Virus record (IMG/VR): IMGVR_UViG_3300035497_000275 | Location: 64,001-123,954 of that record | DNA from: a virus | Lineage: Duplodnaviria > Heunggongvirae > Uroviricota > Caudoviricetes | Reading direction: 5' to 3' (one strand) | Length of the DNA stretch: 59,954 nucleotides | In this document: positions 27,919 to 35,482 of the stretch, one piece after another | Layout: each line of letters opens with the position of its first letter | Numbering within the stretch: position 1 is the stretch's first letter | Made by a program: the position numbers and the translations under genes | Notes under the pieces: generated by a model | What the model was told of the DNA's origin: nothing | Seen by the model: the letters and a program-made list of their open reading frames with translations, nothing else | Database searches by the model: none

Positions 27919-28857
27919 GTGAGTATATTGCAAACCTTTGATGTTTATTTGAAGAAGCGACTCACTGAAATTGATGTTTATATAACGCAATTGGTGCAGC
28001 GAGATACATTTAGCATTTATAATGTGTTGAATTTGTTTGCTTTAATGGGAGATATCGAAACGCATAAAATTATTTCTGCTGATTCGATTTTTGAAATGGA
28101 GCAAACAATTGATGACTTGTTAGAAAAAGTACATGAAGTTATTAAGTCTGACTTTGTATTAAAAGCAAGCGCAGATTTATATGACAGTGTTTTCACTATG
28201 TTTGAAACAGAAATTGTGTTGGATTCTGATGAATTAGATTCATTATTGAAACGGTTTACAGAAATCAATTCTACTCTGGAAATTTCTGTTGCAAATTTAG
28301 ATTATTATATCGCACATTCTTTCGGCAAGTTTAGTGTTGATATAGAAATGTATGCAAGTCAGCTTTCAACTCAGAAAAATAGTTATGAGAATTTTATAGT
28401 TTCTTTGTTATTTGATGTAGAATCTGAATTTTCGAGTGAGAAAGAGGTTGAGGTTGAAGAAATCCTTATGGAATTACACACTTCGCAAACCGATATCTTT
28501 TATCTTTTAACTACTGGTGGAACGAGTTCTACTGTAATCAATATTTCAACATTAGATAAGTATATTTTGAAATATGTATTGCATGATGTTGATGCGGATT
28601 CTTATTTGAATATCACAGAAGCAAAAATATTCCCGTTAGCTAAATATTGCGAAATGGTTTCTGCTTTTTACCAAGACGTTAATTTGGCAGATGTTTTGAT
28701 TCGTTTAATTAATATTGCAAACAGCATATCAATTCTTTCTTGTGAGGCAAGCGCAGGATTGAAGCGGTATCGTATGTTTTCTGATATGGACGATTTTGCA
28801 TTGAGTGAATTTGACAGCATGACTTTAAAAGAACTTGATTTTGTGACAATTATTTGA
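27919..28857 (+). CDS. Hypothetical acidic tail-region protein
   Basis: 312 aa ORF in the operon; no motif recognised. Confidence 0.55.
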   Translation: MSILQTFDVYLKKRLTEIDVYITQLVQRDTFSIYNVLNLFALMGDIETHKIISADSIFEMEQTIDDLLEKVHEVIKSDFVLKASADLYDSVFTMFETEIVLDSDELDSLLKRFTEINSTLEISVANLDYYIAHSFGKFSVDIEMYASQLSTQKNSYENFIVSLLFDVESEFSSEKEVEVEEILMELHTSQTDIFYLLTTGGTSSTVINISTLDKYILKYVLHDVDADSYLNITEAKIFPLAKYCEMVSAFYQDVNLADVLIRLINIANSISILSCEASAGLKRYRMFSDMDDFALSEFDSMTLKELDFVTII

Positions 28858-28890
28858 GCATAAGGACTCTAAGAAAAAGGTGGTGAGCAA

Positions 28891-29187
28891 ATGGTAAGAA
28901 AACAAGGCGGATTAATCAACAGTTTTGCCGCAAATGAAAATGTTGTGGCACGGTGTTTAAATAAAATCAAGGAAGTTGAACCTACTTCTCTTGCTGACCG
29001 ATTGTTTCACATTACCTTAAAAACTGAAGAAGCGTACACAAGATTTACGATGGATGGGTTTGAGTATACCACAGACGTAAACGGTAACTTTTCAAGTATT
29101 GCGATTGCGGGTGCTACTACTCCCGAAATTTATGATCTGAGATTTACCAAGGCCGTTGAAAACTGTGTCGTTTGTTTTATTTATTAA
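28891..29187 (+). CDS. Hypothetical protein
   Basis: 98 aa, SD GGTGGTG. Confidence 0.55.
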   Translation: MVRKQGGLINSFAANENVVARCLNKIKEVEPTSLADRLFHITLKTEEAYTRFTMDGFEYTTDVNGNFSSIAIAGATTPEIYDLRFTKAVENCVVCFIY

Positions 29188-29201
29188 AACGGTGATGCGC
29201 T

Positions 29202-29384
29202 ATGTCAATGGCTCATGAATTTTACGAAGGTATATTCTATCCATCTGACAGTCCTTTATTTGAATACACCGATGATGTTGTGATCGGTTTCTCTTGTTTT
29301 GCACCTGAAGAACAAGAAGATGATTATAAAGGGTTTCTGCAAAATACCGCTGTGTTATCAGGCGATTGCTTTTTGTACGCTTAG
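29202..29384 (+). CDS. Hypothetical protein
   Basis: 60 aa, SD GGTGA, operon spacing. Confidence 0.45.
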   Translation: MSMAHEFYEGIFYPSDSPLFEYTDDVVIGFSCFAPEEQEDDYKGFLQNTAVLSGDCFLYA

Positions 29385-29406
29385 TGAGAGGCGGTGAATT
29401 GATTGG

Positions 29407-29769
29407 ATGGATTTTATCTATGAACTGCTTAGAGCAGGAACAAACACAACAAACTCTGATTCTGGTGCAGAAGTAGCACGGAAGTTTAATGATAACTTTC
29501 AAAATGTCGCAGATAAATTTGCGGAAATTGATGAATCATTAAACAATACGATGCAAACTCTTGTCATTGGCGGACTTTCCCAGCCAGTCAAGGATGGCAA
29601 GGTCGTAGTTCCTATTGGTGGATTGCAGCAATTAGGTGTTGTGAAATCCAGTGACAAGGAAAACAAAATTGCTATTGATGAGGATGGAACAATGGAAGTT
29701 GTTTCTCTGAATGTCAATAAATTAGTCCAAGATGATGGTGATTACATTATCTTTGACGGAAACATTTAA
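29407..29769 (+). CDS. Tail fibre-associated protein
   Basis: 120 aa; ends DDGDYIIFDGNI, echoing the end of the next gene (DSGDTFVFDGGNA). Confidence 0.5.
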   Translation: MDFIYELLRAGTNTTNSDSGAEVARKFNDNFQNVADKFAEIDESLNNTMQTLVIGGLSQPVKDGKVVVPIGGLQQLGVVKSSDKENKIAIDEDGTMEVVSLNVNKLVQDDGDYIIFDGNI

Positions 29770-29793
29770 TAATTTTTAGGAGGATGATACATT

Positions 29794-31074
29794 ATGGCAG
29801 ATAGAACTTTGAATACTGTTTTTAAACTTCGTGGTGACTCTCTGGCTAACCTGAGTGCAAAGAACGCTGTTTATGCTGACCGTGAACCTATTATCGTTAT
29901 TGTTCCCGCTGATTCCAACAGTGGTTTGAATGAGCCTGCTGTTCTGCTGAAGATCGGTGACGGTAAGACCGCTTTTAATAGCCTTGGTTATGTGAGTGCT
30001 ATTGCCGGGGACGTTCCTGCATGGGCGAAGGAAGCCACTAAGCCTACTTATACCGCAACTGAAATTAGTGGCCTGTCTGACTTTATCTCTGGCGAGATCA
30101 AGGATACCGACACTCAGTACAAGTTGGAGCAGGATGAAACCGATAAGCACACCCTGAAGTTCTTCACCAAGGGCAAGAACGACACTGAGTATACTTTGGC
30201 TGCTACCATTACTACCGCCGATACCGTGTATGATGACACTACTCTGGCTGGCAAGGTTAGCGATAACGCAGATGCTATTGACGCACTGGTGAAGTTGGTT
30301 GGCGATACCGCCGTTGCAACTCAGATTTCTAACGCTATTACTGCGCTGAAGCTGGCTGAAACTTATGAGGCCAAGGGTGCGGCTGCTTCTGCTTTGACTG
30401 AGGCTAAGAGTTATGCTGACGGCAAGGATGCAGATATTAAGGCTGCAAAGGATGCCGCAGATGCCGCTCAGAGTGATGTTGACGCTTTGGAAAAGACTGT
30501 CGGTACTGTTGACGAGGGCAAGACCGTTGTTGAAATGATCAAGGCCGCTCAGACTGCCGCTACCTATGATGATACCGATGTGAAGGCAAGCATCAAGTCT
30601 AATGCTGACGCTATTGCTACTCTGAATGGTGACGATACTGGTAAGTCTGCCCGTGATATTTCTGCCGAGGAAGTGGCAAAGATCGTTGCTGGTGCTGATG
30701 AAAGTCTGGATACCCTGAAGGAGATTGCTGACTGGATTAGTTCTCACAAGGATGACGCATCCGCAATGAATTCCGCTATCACAGCTTTGGAGGCTATTGT
30801 TGCTGGTATCGGCGGTGACGGCGAGAAGGCTACTGTGGTTGCCTATGTCACTGACGCTATTGACGCACTGAAGATCGGTGATTATGCAAAGGCCGCTGAC
30901 CTGACTGCTTTGGCTGAGCGTGTTACCACTTTGGAGGGCAAGGCTACTAACGTCAAGAAGTCTAACACCAACGGCAACATTCAGGTTGATGGTACTGATG
31001 TGACTGTTTACACTCTGCCTGACACTGTTCTTGATTCTGGTGATACCTTCGTCTTTGACGGTGGCAACGCCTAA
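29794..31074 (+). CDS. Tail fibre stalk protein with Mtd_N/hyaluronidase-like N-terminal domain and long Ala-rich coiled coil
   Basis: LRGDSLANL...LKIGDGKTAFNSLGY; strong codon bias. Confidence 0.68.
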   Translation: MADRTLNTVFKLRGDSLANLSAKNAVYADREPIIVIVPADSNSGLNEPAVLLKIGDGKTAFNSLGYVSAIAGDVPAWAKEATKPTYTATEISGLSDFISGEIKDTDTQYKLEQDETDKHTLKFFTKGKNDTEYTLAATITTADTVYDDTTLAGKVSDNADAIDALVKLVGDTAVATQISNAITALKLAETYEAKGAAASALTEAKSYADGKDADIKAAKDAADAAQSDVDALEKTVGTVDEGKTVVEMIKAAQTAATYDDTDVKASIKSNADAIATLNGDDTGKSARDISAEEVAKIVAGADESLDTLKEIADWISSHKDDASAMNSAITALEAIVAGIGGDGEKATVVAYVTDAIDALKIGDYAKAADLTALAERVTTLEGKATNVKKSNTNGNIQVDGTDVTVYTLPDTVLDSGDTFVFDGGNA

Positions 31075-31094
31075 TCGAAAAACCTAAACAGATT

Positions 31095-31132
31095 ATAGGG
31101 GGAGGTATCAATCATACCTTCCCCTATTCTTT
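31095..31132 (+). terminator. Terminator-like hairpin after the fibre gene
   Basis: ATAGGGGGAGGTAT-caatc-ATACCTTCCCCTAT followed by TCTTTT. Confidence 0.68.
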
Positions 31133-31199
31133 TCATTAGGGATTTATTTACCGATTCAAGTCGATAAATCATTCTAAAAGAAAGAGAGTGTGATATAGA

Positions 31200-31670
31200 A
31201 TGGCTGAACGAAAAATTTCTGCTTCCTTTCAACAGCGGCGTGATACTGCGGCTAATTGGGAAAAGAAAAACCCCATTCTTTTAGATGGCGAACCGATTAC
31301 AGTGGTAACGAATTCTGGTGCTGTGCGACATAAAACTGGTGATGGTACAAAGACTTACAAGCAACTCCCCTTTGACGATGAGCCATTGTATAACGCACTT
31401 GCTGGAAAATGTGATGCCAGTCAGTCAATTGATGTTACGTTGTTAGCAAGTGGTTGGACAAATGGGGAACAAACGGTTTCTGTCAGCGGCGTTACCGCAA
31501 AGCAAAATGGTATTGCTGGTTTGCCGCAAAGTTTTTCTGACGCAGAGTATGAAGCGATTGCTGCCGCTGAATTGTATGTGGCGGCGCAAACTGATGGTTC
31601 TGTCACATTCGCCTGTAATGGGGATGTGCCGCAGATTGATGTTCCCGCTGTCATCATCCTACTTGGTTAA
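31200..31670 (+). CDS. Short fibre subunit: Mtd_N-like domain plus C-terminal beta domain
   Basis: QQRRDTAANWEKKNPILLDGE...KTGDGTKTYKQLPF; the C-terminal domain is paralogous to that of 31694-32095. Confidence 0.65.
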   Translation: MAERKISASFQQRRDTAANWEKKNPILLDGEPITVVTNSGAVRHKTGDGTKTYKQLPFDDEPLYNALAGKCDASQSIDVTLLASGWTNGEQTVSVSGVTAKQNGIAGLPQSFSDAEYEAIAAAELYVAAQTDGSVTFACNGDVPQIDVPAVIILLG

Positions 31671-31693
31671 TCCGAGAAAGGGTGGTGTTTATT

Positions 31694-32095
31694 TTGAGTA
31701 AAACTACGAACTATGGCTTATTTTTGTACGATGATGATACAAAATTTGCTGAATGGCGTGAAAAGATGGATGGTTCAAACGATTCCAACATGGTCAAGAT
31801 CGACAACGCTTTGGCAGAAAAAGCTATCCATAGCAAAACTGTAACAACCACCTTATATGCAAGTAAGTGGTCTGGTTTGGATTCGCCTTATACGCAGGAG
31901 ATCAGCGTAGATGGCCTTGGCGCAGTTCAGAATGGGCAGATTTCATGCGCTCATGGGGCAACCTTTGAACAGCGACAGGCGGCACGAGAAGCTGAACTGG
32001 CGGTTACAGGGCAATCGGAAGGCAAGTTGGTGATTGCTGCGGATGGGGAAATGCCTGAATTGGACATTCCCGTTGTGATCATTTTGTTGGATTAA
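31694..32095 (+). CDS. Short fibre subunit
   Basis: TTG start with SD; SKTTNYGL...NMVKIDNAL N-terminus; C-terminal domain shared with the upstream gene. Confidence 0.62.
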   Translation: MSKTTNYGLFLYDDDTKFAEWREKMDGSNDSNMVKIDNALAEKAIHSKTVTTTLYASKWSGLDSPYTQEISVDGLGAVQNGQISCAHGATFEQRQAAREAELAVTGQSEGKLVIAADGEMPELDIPVVIILLD

Positions 32096-32107
32096 AGGAG
32101 GTATTAT

Positions 32108-34222
32108 ATGCCAATTATTTCTAATTTCCCAACTGGAGGCGGTAGTGGCGGCGGTGGCATCCCACTGGCTGCCGTGTCTGATATCAAGACACTGACTGCT
32201 TCTGGCAAGGTTTATATTAAATATACTGATCCCGAAGATACCATTGCGGGTGACGTGACACTGGCAACATGGGCTGGTACGTTGCTGGTTCGGAAAGCTG
32301 GCTCCATGCCGAATAGCAGACGGGATGGCACAGTGATTTTGGATAATAAGGAGCGGAACAAGTATTCTAACACTTATTTCTGCGACAGCGGTTTGAGTGA
32401 TGGAACTGTTTACTACTACAAGTTCTTCCCCTATTCCAGCACAAACACCTATACAGACGATACGGCGGATGAATTTACCGCTACTCCAAATCCCGTAAAA
32501 ACTGGTGATGTGTCCTCTATCAAAGTGGCGGCGCAGTTGAATGGTCGTGTTCAATTGAACTGGACTGATCCTGCCGCTACGGTTATCAGTGATGGCATCA
32601 CATTAGCAACATGGGCAAGCACTAAGGTCGTTTACAAAACTGGCAGTTACCCCACCTCCCCGGAGGACGGTACGCTGGTCGTGAATAGCACAACAAGAAA
32701 TGCTTATTCAAGTAGTCCATTGACGGTCACTGGCCTGACCAATGGGACTACTTATTATTTTGCTTTCTTCCCCATTTCTACGGAAGGCACAGTAAATACA
32801 AACACGAGTAGTAGAATAACTGCCGTGCCAAATCGGGTGAAAATCACCACTGAGCCGAGTCAGTCCGGGACGTTGACCTATAACGGTTCGGCGCAATCTC
32901 CGTCTTGGAGCAATTATAGCACGACTCAGTTGACTATTGGTGGTACTACATCTGGTACAAATGCTGGTGATTATAGTGCGACCTTTACGCCGAAGGATGA
33001 TTACTGCTGGTCTGACGGTTCAACAACCGCAAAGACAATTACTTGGAAGATCGCAAAGAAAACTTTGACAAAGCCTACTTTGAGTAAATCAGAGATTACA
33101 CTGAATACTTCGACTACCAGCACTACATTCACAGTAACACGGGATGGTGATGGTGTAATTGAGGCGGAGTCCAGTGATACCAGCGTTGCTACGGTTTCTG
33201 TGTCTGGTACTACCGTGACTGTGAAAAGTGTGAATAGCAATAATGGTTCTGCGACTATTACCATTACGGTCAAGGAAGGTACAAACTATACGGCTTATAC
33301 CGGGACAGATGCGACTTGTTCCGTGACTGCTTCGTTCATTTCTGCTACATTGAACGATAATACATGGGCTGAAATTAAGGGCGTTTCTGATGCTGGTACA
33401 GGTGCAAACTATTGGTCTGTTGGTGACGCAAAGCAAATCACAATTAATGGTACTGTTGGTACTACGACATTTAGTAATTTTACTACATATGCTTTTATTA
33501 TTGGTTTCAATCACAACTCTGCAAAAGAAGGCAATAATCGTATCCACTTCCAGATTGGTAAAACTGCCGTAGGCGGAACAGATATTTGTTTGTGCGATAG
33601 TGCTTACAATACCAACGCTGGTTATTCTGGTACGAAGGCATTTGCAATTAACCACTGGGGTACGAATTCTTCTCCTTATAATACAAACTATGGTGGTTGG
33701 TCTGCTTGTGATATGCGTTACGACATTCTTGGTAGTACCGATACACAACCAAGTGTGTATGGTAAGACTAAGACAACTGCTGCCGTTGGTTATGATGCAA
33801 GTGATACGACTGCTACAAATCCTGTTGCGAATACTTTGATGGCTGCATTGCCCTCTGATTTACGAGCAGTCATGAAATCTTGTACCAAGTATTCTGATAA
33901 CAAGGGCGGCGGTTCTGATACCTCATCCTATGTTACCGCAACAAAGGACTATTTATGGTTGCTATCTGAATTTGAAGTTCAAGGTACAAGAACTTATGCA
34001 AATAGTGCGGAACAGAATTATCAAGCGCAGTATGCTTATTATAGTGCTGGTAATTCCAAGATTAAATATAAACATGATGGCACAACAACAGCAGCGGACT
34101 GGTGGCTGCGCTCTGTCGCCTCGTCCTTCACGAACTACTTCTGCCGTGTGTCGACGGACGGGTCGGCGGACAGCGGCAGCTCTCGCAACTCGCGTGGGGT
34201 CGCCCCGGCCTTCTGCGTCTAA
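32108..34222 (+). CDS. DGR target: receptor-binding/adhesin-like fibre protein (2 FN3-like, 2 Ig-like, C-terminal DUF6273/C-type-lectin-like domain with VR)
   Basis: Two repeated TDP...LATW...DGT...GL..GT.YY units, a Big_2-like SSDTSVATV segment, C-terminal WWLRS...F..V...G......S...GVAPAFCV signature. Confidence 0.88.
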   Translation: MPIISNFPTGGGSGGGGIPLAAVSDIKTLTASGKVYIKYTDPEDTIAGDVTLATWAGTLLVRKAGSMPNSRRDGTVILDNKERNKYSNTYFCDSGLSDGTVYYYKFFPYSSTNTYTDDTADEFTATPNPVKTGDVSSIKVAAQLNGRVQLNWTDPAATVISDGITLATWASTKVVYKTGSYPTSPEDGTLVVNSTTRNAYSSSPLTVTGLTNGTTYYFAFFPISTEGTVNTNTSSRITAVPNRVKITTEPSQSGTLTYNGSAQSPSWSNYSTTQLTIGGTTSGTNAGDYSATFTPKDDYCWSDGSTTAKTITWKIAKKTLTKPTLSKSEITLNTSTTSTTFTVTRDGDGVIEAESSDTSVATVSVSGTTVTVKSVNSNNGSATITITVKEGTNYTAYTGTDATCSVTASFISATLNDNTWAEIKGVSDAGTGANYWSVGDAKQITINGTVGTTTFSNFTTYAFIIGFNHNSAKEGNNRIHFQIGKTAVGGTDICLCDSAYNTNAGYSGTKAFAINHWGTNSSPYNTNYGGWSACDMRYDILGSTDTQPSVYGKTKTTAAVGYDASDTTATNPVANTLMAALPSDLRAVMKSCTKYSDNKGGGSDTSSYVTATKDYLWLLSEFEVQGTRTYANSAEQNYQAQYAYYSAGNSKIKYKHDGTTTAADWWLRSVASSFTNYFCRVSTDGSADSGSSRNSRGVAPAFCV
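34092..34208 (+). repeat. DGR variable repeat (VR)
   Basis: 117 nt at the 3' end of the target gene; 97/117 identical to 34963-35079; GC-rich relative to the flanks. Confidence 0.95.
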
Positions 34223-34230
34223 GCTAATCA

Positions 34231-34286
34231 GTTCATCATCCTTATCTTGTCCAAGGCAAACGCCGGGACAGATAAGGGTGATGGAC
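34231..34286 (+). promoter_or_regulatory. Long inverted repeat downstream of the VR (candidate homing hairpin/cruciform and/or terminator)
   Basis: GTTCATCATCCTTATCTTGTCC pairs with GGACAGATAAGGGTGATGGAC (two G-T, one bulge); the loop holds a GGC-aaac-GCC mini-hairpin. Confidence 0.72.
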
Positions 34287-34374
34287 GCTACCCTACTATA
34301 CTGTATTTTATCTTTGTATATGAGGGAAAGGGGAAAATCGCAAATATATTCTGGTAATCAATTGGAGGTAATTA

Positions 34375-34926
34375 ATGGCAGTTTATGCGTCTAAAAGAAG
34401 TGAATCTAAAATGGAGTTTATAAACGTTGCTCAACAGTTAGCAGTCTATACTTTGGATCAAGTTAAGAAATTTCCAAAGTCTCGCAATTTTAGATATATT
34501 GATCGTATTACGGATTTAGCGTTTGAAATTCATGAAGATGTAACAAGAGCGAATTCGTATTATGTTTATAAAGATATGATGGAATTTGAATTCATCCAAA
34601 GAGAAGTATTGTTATTCAAAGCGAAATCAGCAATATTTACAATGAGCAGTTTATTAACCATTACATTTTCTTATGTTAAAAAAGGAAATAATTTTCTTGG
34701 AGATATGAAGAAAATGTCGAATATGTTTAAAGAATGGGCAAGGCTTCTGAATTATGAAACAGCATTGATAAAAGGTATAATTGAATCTGACAAGAAAAGG
34801 TATAAACGCTATAACAAACCCGGCACTTCAAAGAAGTTGGAGAAAATTTTGAACCAACAATTTGAAGATGAAAACGAAATTGTTTTACCAGAAAGCACTT
34901 TTGATATAGAAGATACTGCGGAATAA
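34375..34926 (+). CDS. avd: Accessory variability determinant (Avd-like) with acidic C-terminal tail
   Basis: MAVYASKRSESKMEF start, four-helix-bundle pattern, W...I...DKKR end; lies between VR and TR. Confidence 0.82.
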   Translation: MAVYASKRSESKMEFINVAQQLAVYTLDQVKKFPKSRNFRYIDRITDLAFEIHEDVTRANSYYVYKDMMEFEFIQREVLLFKAKSAIFTMSSLLTITFSYVKKGNNFLGDMKKMSNMFKEWARLLNYETALIKGIIESDKKRYKRYNKPGTSKKLEKILNQQFEDENEIVLPESTFDIEDTAE

Positions 34927-34940
34927 CCGCAGTTATTTTT

Positions 34941-35425
34941 AGGTTACATCCTGATAAAGACCCAGCGTACTGGTGGCTGCGCTCTGTCTACTCGTCCAAC
35001 ACGAACCTCTTCTGCATTGTGTATACGGACGGGTCGGCGTACGGCACCTACTCTCGCACCTCGTCTGGGGTCGCCCCGGATTCTTGAAACTGTTTGCGGT
35101 GCATCAAAGTATAGATTTTAGTTCGCAAACTTGGATTCGTCTGAGTAACCTTTCTTATGATTGGTGAAAACTATATCCATTATTCAGAAGGAGGATGTAT
35201 GCCTTGGTTCCTGTTGAACGACATACCAAAAATACCTTTTTGATACTTGCATCTGGACGCTGCTTGCATGGTTTGATGTGACTTTACTGATTTGGATAAT
35301 AAGGTCGAATGATCGAATACCTTATCCCGTCAAATTTCATAGGTGCAATGTTAAGTAGCTTAGTAAATCAGTATCGGAAATTGTCAACGAATATGGTTTT
35401 GATGCGTAGACATATTCGCCAATGA
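34941..35425 (+). ncRNA. Putative DGR template RNA (TR plus structured spacer)
   Basis: AGGTTACATCCT (34941-52) pairs with AGGATGTATGCCT (35192-204); further stems at 35092-98/35124-30, 35259-65/35353-59 and 35299-305/35319-25. Boundaries are approximate. Confidence 0.6.
34963..35079 (+). repeat. DGR template-repeat-position copy (TR), atypically depleted of AAY codons
   Basis: Non-coding, between avd and RT, with a 3' end (GGATTCTTGA) different from the VR end (GGCCTTCTGCG). Confidence 0.9.
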
Positions 35426-35482
35426 ATGATCAGGCTATACAGAAAGGAGAGGTTTTATACCTCAGTTTGGAAATATTTTAGC

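Noticed and set aside
29776-30747. 323-aa antisense ORF
   Set aside because: Shadow of the codon-biased fibre gene.
34963-35079. Reversed DGR polarity (TR read from the - strand, or the gene copy acting as template)
   Set aside because: Only 8/20 mismatches are T in the TR copy and only 4/20 are A in the VR copy; neither explains the pattern.
34905-35087. TR copy as a second target gene or an avd frameshift extension
   Set aside because: The VR-equivalent frame is open only from 34905 to the TGA at 35085-35087, has no ATG or SD, and I saw no slippery sequence in the overlap with avd.
34973-35167. 64-aa ORF over the TR
   Set aside because: GTG start inside the repeat, no SD, wrong frame relative to the VR; treated as spurious.
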